From Octopus bimaculoides (taxonomy: Eukaryota), in contig NC_068986.1 of assembly GCF_001194135.2 (NCBI RefSeq), positions 70,437,703 through 70,474,524 on the forward strand: a stretch of DNA of 36,822 bases, written 5' to 3'. Position 1 is the first letter of the stretch; every line of letters begins with the position of its first letter. Below, piece after piece: positions 1 through 13,177 of the stretch. The notes under the pieces are model-generated. The model was not told the origin of the DNA. It ran no database searches and saw nothing but the letters and a program-made list of their open reading frames with translations. The position numbers and the translations under genes are program-made.

Positions 1-472
1 CTGCAATGAAATAATTTTACTCAACACTTTGCAAGTGAATCAGTGGAGGCAAAGATGCGTCTCATTTACTTGACAATTTGTGCACTTCATTGCAGAAATC
101 ACAATGTAAGTATATCTGAAAGGATAGTCTTACACTGTTGTACCGTTGAATTACAAATAATGCTCATCTGTTATGTTCAGGTGACCGTATAGCTTCCTAT
201 AGTACAATTGTATTCGTCTTTGCTTAGGAAAAATGACTAAATTGTGTGTGTGAAGTGCCCATGAAGGGGTCTTTGTAACTTCTAAGAAGAAGAAATTTTA
301 GAAATATTACTTTATTTGTGTGTAATATGTATGGTTAAAATTTCATCAACATCAAAAATATATGAATTTTCATAGGGGTTTTATGGCTGTTATGTATAGA
401 ATATAATTTCCAAATTTCATAAAGATTCATTCAGTACTTTTGACGTAGTTTTGAATTAAAAACAAATGACTA

Positions 473-711
473 ATGTGTGTATTTGTGTGCATGTGTATGC
501 ATGTGTATATGTATAGATATCTGTATGCATGTATACATGTGTATATATATGTGTACATATTACATGTACATCTATATATATACATCTACATATATGCATA
601 CATATACATGTATGCATATAGATCTATATCTATAAATATGTATATATATATATATACATCTATACATATACGTGTACATATACATCTCACTCTCTCTCTC
701 TCTCTCTCTCT

Positions 712-759
<48 letters not shown>

Positions 760-949
760 NNNNNNNNNNNNNNNNNNNNNNNNNNNNNNNNNNNNNNNNN
801 NNNNNNNNNNNNNNNNNNNNNNNNNNNNNNNNNNNNNNNNNNNNNNNNNNNNNNNNNNNNNNNNNNNNNNNNNNNNNNNNNNNNNNNNNNNNNNNNCAGA
901 TATATATATGCATGTATGTATGTATGCCTGTATATATGTGAGAGTATAG
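473..949. repeat. Compound (TA)n/(CA)n/(CT)n microsatellite tract spanning an N-gap (760-896)
   Basis: Directly visible. Similar tracts occur at 1491-1574, 2640-2780, 8146-8220, 10470-10660, 28300-28560, 28800-29270, 34305-34372 and 36705-36822. Confidence 0.9.
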
Positions 950-1488
950 TTTCACTGTAGTAATCTCAGTATGAAAATGAAACCATTAAAGTGAAAGTAT
1001 CTGTCATTACAGTATCGAAATGTGATTGTTTCAGTTTTGATACTGAAACAGTGGAATAGTTTCATTTTTGAAGTGATTGAATGAAATGTTTGACGGTCAA
1101 TGTGAAAGTGACTTGTACAGAGAAATTGTGTTGGAAAGTACGCATGTGTATGTATATGTGCGTATTTACATAGGATTAGTATTGTGTCTGTTTCTTTTAC
1201 TGTCAGTGTTTCTCATTCCTTTCTTTTTGTATTTGTTGGATCGTTCATAAAGGTTCATAAGAGAAAGTAGGAGTTGAAAGGATTTGTAAAGGTAGTAGAA
1301 AGAGGAAATTAGATTTTATTAGAGTGGGAAATGTTAATTTGTGTAGTTTTATGGATTTTAATCGTAATTGAGAGTTATTTTGATGGGAAAAAAATGACGC
1401 TGTGGCCTAAGTTATGGTATTTAAAATATTAATTCCGATTCTTCCATCCAAGAAATTAGGAATTGTGTAAATGTATGAATTTGAAACC

Positions 1489-1580
<92 letters not shown>

Positions 1581-2737
1581 TGCATACATACTCATTGTCT
1601 TTCTCTTAATTTTATTTCTCTACCTTTTTCTCTCTCATTTTCCACTCCTCTCTTTCCTCAGTCTCTGTCTGTCTGTCTTTCTGTCTGTTTTTCTGCCTGA
1701 AATGTGCTAAATGTTTTTTTATAGTCTTGCCTATATGTGAGTCTGTCTGTTTTTACGTATGTGTATTTTGTTATTTGTTTTTCTGTTTGTTATTGCACGC
1801 ATGTATTATTTTCTTATGTCTCTGATTATCCATATAGCTAATTCACATGTGTTTTATCTGTATTTACTCATGAGTTCATACCAGAAATGGGTATAACTGT
1901 GTTTCTCTTAGTACACACATTTTATTTCCTATTGTCTGTCATTCATCTTTGGAGAAAGGATTTAACTCTATGTTGATACAGTAAGGAACTAACTACTTCT
2001 ACATTAAAGAACCTAGTAATGTACTGGAATTTACTTTAAGCAAATGGGTTTGTGCATGTAAGAATAAATTAGTCAAAATATTTTATCACTAAAATCAGGG
2101 AACCCACAAGCAGACAATTAATTTTAGTATCACAAAAATGTGTTTGTGAAGATATTAATGATAGGGAGATGGATCGATAGACAGACAGTTAGGCAGACAG
2201 ACAGTGTGAGAGAGAAAAACAAATAGACTCTCATTTTAAATTTTCCTCTTGCTACCTCCTCTCATTCACCTCCTGCTTGTAAATTGATCACCCTCTGTGT
2301 TACTTGAAATATAAAAATATACTCTAGAAATTATTACTAGTGATATCATCATTGTCATCATCAACACCATTTTCATTATTTTTTTTTATGCTTGTCCCCC
2401 CCCCCCCCAAGCTGGTATTGGCTGGACAAAACTTGTTGATGCAATATTCATTGTTTGGAGGCACTTCCTGATACCAGCTCTTACTTGATTTCAAGTGAGG
2501 TACTTTATTTCCCTAGTCTTTGCATCCTGAAGCTGCTATGTTACCATCCATGTTGTTTATGTCGAACATAAATAAACACCACCAATGCAAAGACATGAAA
2601 ATAAACACTCATATTCACACACATACACAAACATTCACACAGCATTTAGAAAAGTTGTTACACACACATATACAACACATGCATACATATACATGAATAC
2701 TTTTGCATGTGTGCACAAACACAAACAAGCACACACA

Positions 2738-2779
<42 letters not shown>

Positions 2780-3555
2780 AAAGATGGGCTTCTGAAAAGT
2801 TTCCATCTATCAAATTTCATTGAAGGTTATGGATTGAACCCAAAACTTTGTGATTGTGAAGCAAATTTCTTAACCACACAATATATGTTTACTCAGATAA
2901 ATGACAGAAGTTAACAATGCCAGTGGTGAAATTTGAACTGAGAACATAAAACAGTTATCTAAATAAATGCTATGCTAATTTAGTCCAGACCTAAACAATA
3001 TGACCACTACATTGCCTTTAATAAGTTAAAAATTATTATTATTGAATTCATACTGATTCTAGAAGAATGAGAAAAGCAAGCAGGAATTGAACTCGGAGCG
3101 TAAAGGTACATGACTAAATACCACAAAGCATTTTGGTCTGAAAGTTCTGCTCATCCTACCAATCCACCCAAGAGGAACAGTACAAAAACAAATGTCAGAA
3201 GCAAACTGTTCACCGAGAAATGTGTCATAGCCATATTTACATGAGATGTTTCTCATCTAGTTACAGTTTATATTTTCATATAAAAGAAACAATTTTTTTT
3301 TTTATTCTTTAATTCTTATGAAAGTATTGGGATTATATTTCTATTTATTTGCTATTTTTTCTATTTATTACAATTAAACCTTGGGAGAGACATTATGCCG
3401 GTAATAAACACACGCACTGGTTCTGTCCTTTATTAATTTATAAACAATATATAGTTTTTTGTTAAATAATTTCATTGCACTCTTGCAATCTCTTCAGTAA
3501 CTTCTCTCTCCACTTTCATTTATTTGTTCTTTCTTTTGTTCTCACTTTTTTTTAG

Positions 3556-4795
3556 TACCAGCAAAAGACTGAACAGGCTACATCTCGTTCAGAAAATACT
3601 GAAGATAAATCTACAAGTTTATTTGAAGAAACTAGTGAAGAACCTGGAAAAATTTCAGCTATGGATAAAAAATCTGGACATCATATGCAGTTACAAAATG
3701 GTTACGAAGACACTAAGAAAATAGAACAGAAAGGTGCTAAGATTAAAAGTGGATCATCAGATGTAAAAGAATTGCCAGGAAAAACAAAACGTCACACACT
3801 CATCCAAGAATTTTCAAGTAGATCTGCTGTTGATGATATTAGAACAGAAATTGCAAGAACTGTTGATAGATCTGCTAAAGAAAATGTCAGTAAATTTCTT
3901 CTGAAAACAACTGGGCAAAATAATCCCATTAATATAACAGTAGAAAATAAAAGAAACACCTTTGAAAATCCAGATGCAAAAAGCATGAGTGGTAAGAGTG
4001 AAGTTAAGAAAATTGTTGATAAACCTCCAGACATTGGCCAAATACATGAACATCAAAAACTTAGTAAAAGTGAGATTGGAAACAATAACCAGCAAAATAA
4101 CTTATCAACTTTGAGCACTGGCATGGCAGAATCTCTTATGAACTGTGACAATAAGCAATCAAGTTCATTTCCACATACAAAATCTGAAAATTTTGAAGAA
4201 ACGACTCTAGAAGGCACAGCTCCCAAAATGATTGCTGGAGCCAGCTATTCAGTGAATCACACAGAAACTAGAATTGGAACAGAAAACAGAATAAGTAAAT
4301 CAGACATGGTGTCTCGAGCTAAAATGCTGGAAAATTTTTTACAAAGTAAAAGCAGTGGATCAGATTTCAATAATATTCCACATAAGAAACCTGAGCAGGT
4401 AAATGAAATAAAATTAAAAAATGTTAGTGAAATTCCAAAAGAAAATGTCAAAACAGATTTGAAAACTGCTGCAGAAGTCTCTGCTGCAGCAGCCATTGAT
4501 AATGCCAATTCAAGTAGGGATAGTGAAAAAGTTAATCACAACTCAGTTCCAGAAGTTGTCCATGAATCAAGTGATTTAAGCTCTGTGCAAGAAACTATTG
4601 AAATAAAGAATAATGCCAATACATTTCAAGAAGTTAAATTGAATGAAGTAAATATTTCAAAAGAAAATGTTGTTGAACAAACAAATTTTGTTGAACCAAA
4701 TCATGTTGAACCAAATCATGACATAACTGATGGAGATAACAAAAAGACAGAAAATATCGAAGGTGCTGACAGCTCCATGACAAATGAAAATTCAG
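3556..4795 (+). CDS. Large internal coding exon of gene 1; low-complexity S/E/K/N/T-rich, probably disordered segment (YQQKTEQATS...SSMTNENS)
   Basis: The stop-free frame extends upstream of the ORF-track ATG (3661) to a strong acceptor: long pyrimidine tract ending tttttttag at 3555. Consensus donor CAG|gtaagt at 4795/4796. 1240 nt, phase 0 to phase 1. No domain recognised. Confidence 0.8.
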
Positions 4796-5359
4796 GTAAG
4801 TAAAGTATTTTAATGAAGTTTTGTTTTTCTTGTGTTACAGTAATATATATGAAATAGTGTCACAAAGGATTTTATCAATGTAAAAATATCTTTAGATATG
4901 TCTTTGTGTGAACATTTATTGGTGCATATAATTACTTTTGATAAGACAGAGAGCACTTGCAATGATAATCTTTAAACAATATTCAAAACTCTTTCTGCGG
5001 TACAAGTCTCCCACTTCTACCATTTTATAATCCTTAACAAGAATTACGTTATGTTACCAAACAACTCCTTTTTTTGATACCTAATTTTTACCATGAATGT
5101 TCTGCCTTGTTCTAAGAAGCAATAATAACATGTAAGCAAAAATTGATAAGTTATCAGAAGTTAACACCTTGTCTGCTTGATAATTATAATTCTTTTGGCC
5201 CCCAAGATAATATATGCATAAAGTTTCTTCATAGTACTTTTGTGTACATAGAGCACAGAATTTATATGTGCATAAAGTTGTTTCAGGACTACTGCCATAT
5301 TGTGAGACTAAGACTATTGGCCAGATAGTTACTGCATAACAGCTGTTTGATATTTCTAG

Positions 5360-5748
5360 AGGTGGAGGTGCAATGGCCCAGTGGTTAGGGCAGCGGACTC
5401 GCGGTCATAGGATCGTGGTTTCGATTCCCAGACCGGGCGTTGTGAGTGTTTATTGAGCAAAAACACCTAAAGCTCCACGAGGCTCCGGCAGGGGATGGTG
5501 GCGAACCCTGCTGTACTCTTTCACCACAACTTTCTCTCACTCTTACTTCCTGTTTCTGTTGTGCCTGTAATTCCAAGGGTCAGTCTTGTCACACCGTGTC
5601 ACACTGAATATCCCCGAGAACTACATCAAGGGTACACGTGTCTGTGGAGTGCTCAGCCACTTGCACGTTAATTTCACGAGCAGGCGGTTCCGTTGATCGG
5701 ATCAACTGGAATCCTCGACGTCGTAAGCAACGGAGTGCCAACAACAAC
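5360..5748 (+). mobile_element. Young full-length tRNA-derived SINE with target-site duplication
   Basis: Pol III A-box (tggcccagtggtt), B-box (ggtttcgattccc) and (caa)n tail. Exact 11-bp TSD gatatttctag at 5349-5359 and 5749-5759. CpGs retained. Confidence 0.9.
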
Positions 5749-5764
5749 GATATTTCTAGTCAAT

Positions 5765-5997
5765 AAGGTGACAAGCTGGCAGAATCATTACTGCACCAGA
5801 CAGAATGCTTAGTGCCTTTACATTCTCAGTTCAGATTCTGTCACGGTCACCTTTACCTTTCATCCTTTCAGGATAAATAAAATAAGTACCAGTTGAGCAC
5901 GGGGGGGNNNNNNNNNNNNNNNNNNNNNGGGGGGGGGGATGTAATTGATTTACTCCCTCCTCCAAATTTACTGGCCCTGTACCAAGATTTGAAACCA
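5765..5997 (+). mobile_element. SINE-like dispersed repeat family 'gctggcagaa...aataagtaccagtt...gaaacca'
   Basis: Related copies at about 9607-9700, 9764-9981, 12176-12270 and 23570-23760, and inverted near 2900-2990. Confidence 0.75.
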
Positions 5998-6109
5998 ATA
6001 TTTCTATTCAATAATACAAAATAAGGAAGTTGTTGCTTATTTCTTTAATATTATGCAACAAATCCATCATTACCACTTAAACTCTCTAGTTATCTACCAC
6101 ACTATTCAG

Positions 6110-6208
6110 TTGTGAAAGGTTTATCAAATCAAGTAATAATTCATCCTAAAATAGTATCTGAAGATGTGACTGGCAAAATCAAAGTTGCTGGTAATCTACA
6201 GTATCCAG
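6110..6208 (+). CDS. Candidate internal exon, 99 nt, phase 1 to 1 (VVKGLSNQVIIHPKIVSEDVTGKIKVAGNLQYP)
   Basis: Acceptor actattcag and donor CCAG|gttaag. Open for 33 codons in the phase left by the 3556-4795 exon. Alternative in-frame donor GCTG|gtaatc at 6190. Confidence 0.55.
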
Positions 6209-7534
6209 GTTAAGTATGAATGGATTTAATAGCTTTCCTGGATAAATCAGTGTAAAAAAAGTCATTCTTGACATTTAATATTTCCTCATGTTCAAATGAT
6301 AAATCAGAAATGTTGCTTGTGTAATGGAAGTCTATAAAGATAGTGTAATTGATTAGATAGTAGAAGTAGTGAAAAGACTTATTTATAAAAAAGAAAGAAT
6401 AGAAAGAAAATAAATTAGTTTTCTTGTTGAATGTGACAAATTCTTAGTCAAATGAAACTACTGGGAAAATGTCTGGGTGAAACAATATGTACCTTTTCTT
6501 TGTCAACACATGAATCTTTTTGTGATTTCCCAAATACTATACAAATTAGAATTCGGTTACAGTTTTCCAGTGAGAGGAAATACTAAATATAGAATATCAT
6601 GCATACTTTCTGGTATCAATACAATAAGTACAAGAAAGAAGTAAACCTCATCCTTAAAGATATGTTAGATTAAATACTCCAAACAGATGTATTTTTTACT
6701 TGGCATAGCAGGTACACCTCTAAATTTTCTTCATTCCTATGTGATTTTTGCTCTTAATGTGTTTTAACTGAATAATACTTGTAATATTATCAAATTTGTA
6801 TTGATACCATTAATTTCTTTCTCTTTGAATAAGTTTAAGAAATGAGTACTTCCAATATATTAGCAATTTAATTTATAATCAAATTAGCAATGTTTGAACC
6901 ACACCTTATCTTCAGATAGGATTTTACATTTTAATCATTTCAATTCCAGCCTTCATGTATATTTCTATCTGTCATTAATTAGAAATGTTCAAATTCTTTG
7001 CTTTATTTCTGTTTCTTTTTTATTGTGTTTATGTTTCAAGTTTACTTATTCCTCTTAAATGTAGCAGCTAGCAGGAAAATAATTCTTTTCCATTGAATCT
7101 TGCCAACGTGAGGTTGCATTATTTTCATTCTGCATTATATGTTGCATTTCAATTGTTATATGAGTATTTCACTGCCATTTGATATTATTGTTTATTTAAA
7201 TAGTCATTTGAATAATAAGAATTGTCTGAAAGCAGACAATTACTAGTTAGGTGACTTCTATTTGATATTGATGTATGTTTGCTATTGTTATTTTCAACAG
7301 ATAATATAAATAGAAACATGCACAGTAAGTATACATTCAGAGGCCATTTCTTTGATCTACATGCAACCACTGAATAGTTTTAGAAGATAAATAAAAAAAA
7401 TTTTAAATAGCAAAAGTATAGCTTACGTCAATTGAAATAACAAAGAATCATCTTTATGAAGACTTTCTATCATTAAAACACTTACTTTAAGCAACTTAGA
7501 TTTTTTTTGTATACCATTTTGTATTGTCCTTTAG

Positions 7535-7581
7535 GTCTTTCAAAGGGTGACAAGGATCTAAAAGTTATACGAGTTTCGAAA
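7535..7581 (+). CDS. Candidate small exon, 47 nt, phase 1 to 0 (GLSKGDKDLKVIRVSK)
   Basis: Acceptor gtattgtcctttag and donor AAA|gtatga. Open in the required phase. Confidence 0.5.
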
Positions 7582-7884
7582 GTATGAAAATGAAGTAGTT
7601 GAAATTTATGTTCTGTGGAGGCATAGAGATTCTAAAATGTAAATCTAATCTCATGGACAAATATAATGAATTGTTGATCTGGTGTCCCTACCAATTCATT
7701 AAAACATTTTTAAAAGTTCCAGTTAACTTTTTTGAATTAAGTAATGTTATGGTTAGCATCCTTATTCTTCTTGTTATCTTTGGTTTCATCATTGATGAGT
7801 CTATATAATATCTTCCATATCTTGAAACTTACTAATTTAATAATCTATCATGTAAACTAATCAATTTATTTAGTTTCTTTCCAG

Positions 7885-7910
7885 ACCTCTCTGACTATCA
7901 TATTTATAAA
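7885..7910 (+). CDS. Candidate microexon, 26 nt, phase 0 to 2 (TSLTIIFI)
   Basis: Acceptor tttagtttctttccag and moderate donor AAA|gtatat. It bridges phases between 7581 and 9171. Confidence 0.3.
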
Positions 7911-8145
7911 GTATATTGTTTATCTTTTTTTTCCTTTCGTTTTTAGCTCACTGTTCTTATTTTCTTATTTGGTCTCATTTTTATGTTGGCATTTTTTCTT
8001 TATTCTTTTCATCAACCTATTAAAAGCATTATTCTAAGAATAATTCTTTGAACCATTCCTAACTTCTTGTCTCTANNNNNNNNNNNNNNNNNNNNNNNNN
8101 NNNNNNNNNNNNNNNNNNNNNNNNNNNNNNNNNNNNNNNNNNNNN

Positions 8146-8202
<57 letters not shown>

Positions 8203-9170
8203 ATACACACACACACACATGCATGCAAAATAAATTAGTTTGTTCTTTTCCTATCATTGTTTTGTGGCCCCAACTATTTACAAGTAACTTAACAATGGGA
8301 ATGCTTTTGTAAATCAGTTTGAAGACATGATTTTTGAAACAAAAGGAGATAAAGAGATGAAATATCATTTTCATCATTTCTTTGTTTTGTTTATATATAT
8401 ATATACATATATATATATTTATACATCTGTATTGACTTTCTCACTGGTAATGCCCTTCCCTATATATATGCACAAGTGTAATTCTTTTCCCCTAAAAATT
8501 GCACTTCATATTTGAGGCTACGCTGAAGCTCTAAGGTGTTATTTGGGTACTCAATTATGAGTCCATAGCATTTTGCAGCAGAAATAGCCATTGTAAGTTA
8601 ATGAATTTCATATCATAATGGTTTTTTCCTTTGTCATCTCATTTTCTTATATATTTATATATGGGTTGTGGGAATGTGTTGAAGAGGAAATTGGATGGTG
8701 GGAGATAGTTGTGTATGTGTATACTCATTGAGCTTCTGGAATCATAGTTTCAGTGAGATGGATGGGTCCTCTTGAAAAACCATTTATTGCTAATCATGCC
8801 AGTTCTACATCATATCATCTGTGAGGCTCAAAGTTTATTATTATTATTATTAACAGTGAGTGACAGTATTTCTTCATAACATATAGAGAAATGGATATCT
8901 TTTAATGAAATTTTTTTGGTTGTGGCTTGCTTTAATACAATATGTATGTGTACACTTTCATAAATGTTTGTCTGTGTGGAGTTCTACACATGTGTGAAAC
9001 ATTGGATGAAACTGAAACATTAGAAGCAAGTTGAAATATTGCCTGAAAATGACCTCCAAAATTGTACAACCTGACCTCGTTACCGGGGTTATTTTAGTCG
9101 TAAAAAAAGAGTTGTGCCAAAAACATAGTTTATTTGGTAGATAGATGATAAGCAGCTTTCTTTATTATAG

Positions 9171-9228
9171 TACAGATGTGACTAATTCGGAGAAACATTA
9201 CTTTCATTATTCACACATCGTCACTCAG
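9171..9228 (+). CDS. Candidate small exon, 58 nt, phase 2 to 0 (TDVTNSEKHYFHYSHIVTQ)
   Basis: Acceptor ctttctttattatag, with a second AG at 9175, and strong donor CAG|gtaatg. Only one reading frame is open. Confidence 0.45.
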
Positions 9229-9763
9229 GTAATGCAACACTTAGTAATTTTGGTTCAAATTGAAAGTGTGAAACCATTTTCATTTTCTAATGAAACCTGG
9301 TCATTGTAGAAGTGTGTNNNNNNNNNNNNNNNNNNNNNNNNNNNNNNNNNNNNNNNNNNNNNNNNNNNNNNNNNNNNNNNNNNNNNNNNNNNNNNNNNNN
9401 NNNNNNNNNNNNNNNNNNNNNNNNNNNNNNNNNNNNNNNNNNNNNNNNNNNNNNNNNNNNNNNNNNNNNNNNNNNNNNNNNNNNNNNNNNNNNNNNNNNN
9501 NNNNNNNNNNNNNNNNNNNNNNNNNNNNNNNNNNNNNNNNNNNNNNNNNNNNNNNNNNNNNNNNNACCCACACACACATACAAACTCTCTTTTGTATATA
9601 TAGATAAAGTGGTGAGTTGGCAGAATTGTTAGCACGTCAGGCAAAATGTTTAGCAGCATTTTGTCTGTCTTTACATTCTGAGGTCAACTTTGGATGTTGA
9701 TGTTGCCTTGGTGGAGGTTTGCACTGTCTGAGTGCTCTTGTTATTATCATCATTATTATTATT

Positions 9764-9981
9764 AAGGTAGTAGTAAGCTGGCAGAATCATTAACATGCCA
9801 GACAAAATGCTTAGTGGCATTTTGTCTGTGTTGACACTCTGAGTTCAAATTCCTCTGAGGTTGACTTCGACTTTCATGCTTTCAGGATCAATAAAATAAG
9901 TACCAGTTGAATGTTGGGGTCAATGTAATTGACTTTATCTCCTCCCCCAAAATTACTGGCCATGTGCCAAACTTTGAACCC
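9764..9981 (+). mobile_element. Second near-complete copy of the 'gctggcagaa' SINE-like family
   Basis: Collinear with 5765-5997. Ends in an (att/gtt)n tail. Confidence 0.75.
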
Positions 9982-11639
9982 ATTATTATTGTTGTTGTTA
10001 CCATTGAGTCCTAGAGCTATTTTTTGGTCAGTACCTCCTCACACTGACTTATGATTTAATTATTACTTATTTTACCTTTTGTTAGTCCTGTGTCTTTATC
10101 TTTGCTTGGTTACCCTTTTACCCTTTAACCCTTTACTACCCTTTTATTATCCTGTCATCTTTAAGATCTCTGATAATGAAGGATTAACCAGTGTGTGTGT
10201 TTTCTGGGTGAGCACATATATCTGTATGTATGTGGATGTTTGTGCTCTGTATATACATGTATTGAATCATTTCCTTTTCCCCTTTCCTCTTGAGGCTCCA
10301 CTTTGTGTGTATGTTATTGTTGTTATTATCATGCTACTTCTGCCATTGTAGTGATGAGGCATGTTTTTTTACCAGCTTGGACTTGTCTGACTGAATAAGC
10401 AGCTACACACCATGGAAACTACAGCATAGTAGGTCACTGGACCTGCCTGAATAAGTTACATCTATATCTGTCTGTCTGTCTGTCTGTCATCTATCTATCT
10501 CTATATGTATGTTCACATATGCATGTATGTGTATATACACTTACATATGTCTATATACATGTGTATATGTGTGTGTGCATATATATATTTATATGTGTAT
10601 GTTTCGATCTGTCTATATGTATCTCCATATTTGTGTGTGTATGTGTGCACATGCGTGCGTACATGCAGTTTCAGACCTACATTTTGAGAGCCCCTTTTTA
10701 GTCGGTGACAATAGAGCAACATCCAACTAGGTCTTAAAAGCCTTGTTATCTATACAAGAATCTTGAGGCCCAAAGGACATTGACTGGTATGATAGAAAAT
10801 TATACCTCAAAAATGGGGCCATGCAGCAAGTCTCTTCCTATCAGCAGTGAGGTTTAGATAACTGTTCTTATCTTTCTTAATATGTGTTTTCCATGACTAC
10901 TAATTCAGAAATAAAAATTAAGCAGTACATCTCGTGTATCTATTTGAATTTCTCTACTGTGTTATCTCACATGACAACAGTTACCGATGTGAATAAAAGA
11001 TTTTCCATACCTTGTAATTATCCAATGGGAGACAAAAGTTATGAATTATTTATATACATATTTGATGCATTACCAACTGATGAAATAAAGCATAACAAAG
11101 ACCAGAGTTAATATATTCTTTCATTTTAAACATCTATGAGAAAAATACCACACAAACCATATTACAAAATACTTGCTTTTGTTTTTTCTAGTATCATATT
11201 GATGGAGTTTCTTCATATGAGATCTTCCTAGAAATGTCATTTTATTGAGATAGTTTGGATAAGGAATTTAAGCAAATTTGTCTGTTATATAAAATTTATT
11301 TTTTTAAATCTTTGAAAAATTCCTTTTGCTTCATAGCTCATAATATGCATGGACTGGTATAGTTTAAGTGCAATAATGATATTGGTGAACTCTTCAATTA
11401 GTTGTTGCTTACAACCAGGCTGAAGAATTTCTGTGCATTGCGTTTTGGATGATGCATTTACTTCTGTTTTAGGATTTCATATGGTGCAGTTAATCTCTAA
11501 AGTGATAACTTTCAGGATTCCTCTCTAGTCTCATCTACTACTCCTTTCACCTATCCCTCACACCTTCTGTATATACTCAACCCTTTGCCTAGGATCATTG
11601 TCCTCTCTCATCTGTTCTCCTGTAGTTAAAGGAACCTGT

Positions 11640-12175
11640 TTATGGTCTTATCCTTGCAAGTTATGAGGTAATCATTACCTGTGTTGTACACTCTGTAAAA
11701 TGGTTGGTGTTAGAAAGGGATTCCAGCCATAGAAACCATGCCAAAGTAGACATTGGTGCCCAATGCAGTCCTTTGACTCATCAGACCTTGTCAAAACATC
11801 CAACTTAATCCAGCATAGATGGAAGATGTCAAATGATGATGATATAGATGTGTGTGTGTAACTTTGTCAAAATATCCATGAGTTAGAAAAAAAAGGCACC
11901 GACATATTAAATAATGAAGTGGGTGTACTATTATTATATAATGAATCCATGACACATAAAAGGCACCTGTGGCAGTGACATGTAAATGACACCCATGGTG
12001 GTGACATGTAAAAGACACCCAGTAAACTCCCTAGAGTGGTTGGTGTTAGGAAGGGCATCCAGCTATAGAAACCAAGCTAAAGCAGGCAACTAAAGCCCGG
12101 TGCAGGTCCCTGGCTTACCAGCTCTGATCAAACCGTCTAACCCATGCTAGCTTGGAAAATGGATGTTAAATGATG
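11640..12175 (+). mobile_element. Two degraded copies of a non-LTR element 3' tail ('gtggttggcgttaggaagggcatccagc...(gat)n')
   Basis: Both match 16101-16470. A further inverted copy lies at about 12410-12560. Confidence 0.7.
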
Positions 12176-12969
12176 AATCATTAACATGCCAGACAAAATG
12201 CTTAGTGGCATTTTGTCTGCATTTACACTCTGAGTTCAACTTTGTCTTTCATGATTTCAGGATTGCAAAATTCAAAATCATTATTATTGTTGTTGTTGTT
12301 ACCATTGACACCTCATTTTGACAAAGTCCTACAGCTATTTTTTTTTTTGTCAGTACCTCCTCAGCCTGATTTATTATAGTCTCATGCTAGCTAAATTATA
12401 TTATAGTTTCATCATCATCGTTTTTAACGTCCATCTTCCATGCTAGAATGGGTGGAACAGTACCACAAGAGCCAGCCAGGCCAAAGCCTGCACCAGTCTT
12501 CTTTGACTGTTTTGGTAGGATTTTTACAGCTGGATGTCATTCCTAGCACCAACTATGCTGACTAAATCAGAAAATGGTTTAATGCCAGAAATGGAGCATC
12601 AAATTCAGCAGAAATTGCTGAATGGAACAGTTTGGCATTAGCTCTTTCCTGCCAGTGGCCTGAAAATAGCACATTAGGTTTATGGATTTCAGAGCTGTTA
12701 TGGAAAACTGAAACGAATTTCATGGGTAAAATCACCCAGGTCAAATCCCAAAAGGAAAGGAATAATCAGTTCGAGAGTTACATCCCTTGGATTGAGTTTT
12801 AGGTCTCCTAAAAAAAGTTCACCCTAGTATACAATATGTAAATGCATGTATATGTGGAGGCTTGTATATATTGAAGCTGAATCTAGGGGAACAAACTGTA
12901 TTAATTTCTCACATTGTGGTAAGGGAATTCCTGATGAGAGAAGAGCCAATATTTATACTTATGGTGCAG

Positions 12970-13041
12970 CCACCCTGAATGCTATGGTTTACTTGCACTC
13001 ATGAAGACAGAAGGGAAAAAAAGCTCACTTTTAAAGATTAG
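12970..13041 (+). CDS. Candidate small exon ending in phase 2 (HPECYGLLALMKTEGKKSSLLKI); the acceptor could be 12970 (phase 2) or 13007 (phase 0)
   Basis: Good donor TTAG|gtatgc at 13041/13042. The frame is open from 12938. The acceptor is ambiguous and weak. Confidence 0.3.
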
Positions 13042-13177
13042 GTATGCTCCTGACTGAAAAGAGTTCTTCAATATGATTCTGCTAAGCAGACTGTACCTCC
13101 TATTGCAGTTAAAGGATGATTTTTACTTTTCTCGTATTCTCCACTGGATGTTGTATTTGTGTGGTGTTTTCTTTCAG

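Noticed and set aside
473-949. ORFs rich in YI, HT, CV, SL or X (also at 1471, 2585, 8012, 9255, 10505, 20923-22051, 22715, 28137-29292)
   Set aside because: They are translations of dinucleotide microsatellites and N-gaps.
3063-3105. Candidate exon KNEKSKQELNSERK (ttctag / AAG|gtacat)
   Set aside because: It ends in phase 1, while the next strong acceptor (3556) needs phase 0, and no bridging exon was found. It remains possible as an alternative exon.
5364-5430. tRNA-like A/B boxes (also at 13361 and 23215)
   Set aside because: They are SINE heads. No complete cloverleaf is evident, a long non-tRNA body follows, and one copy has a TSD.
7535-7910. PDZ-like (DLKVIRVSK) or FN3-like (LKVIRVSKTSLTII) start of a domain
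   Set aside because: No GLGF-type loop and no FN3 Trp or LxPxTxY motif were found downstream. The resemblance is too short to name the gene.
10884-11111. 75-aa ORF
   Set aside because: No convincing splice-site pair or homology. The length is expected by chance.
12560-12810. About 75-codon open + frame without ATG (IRKWFNARNG...)
   Set aside because: No acceptor, it abuts a repeat end, and no motif was recognised.
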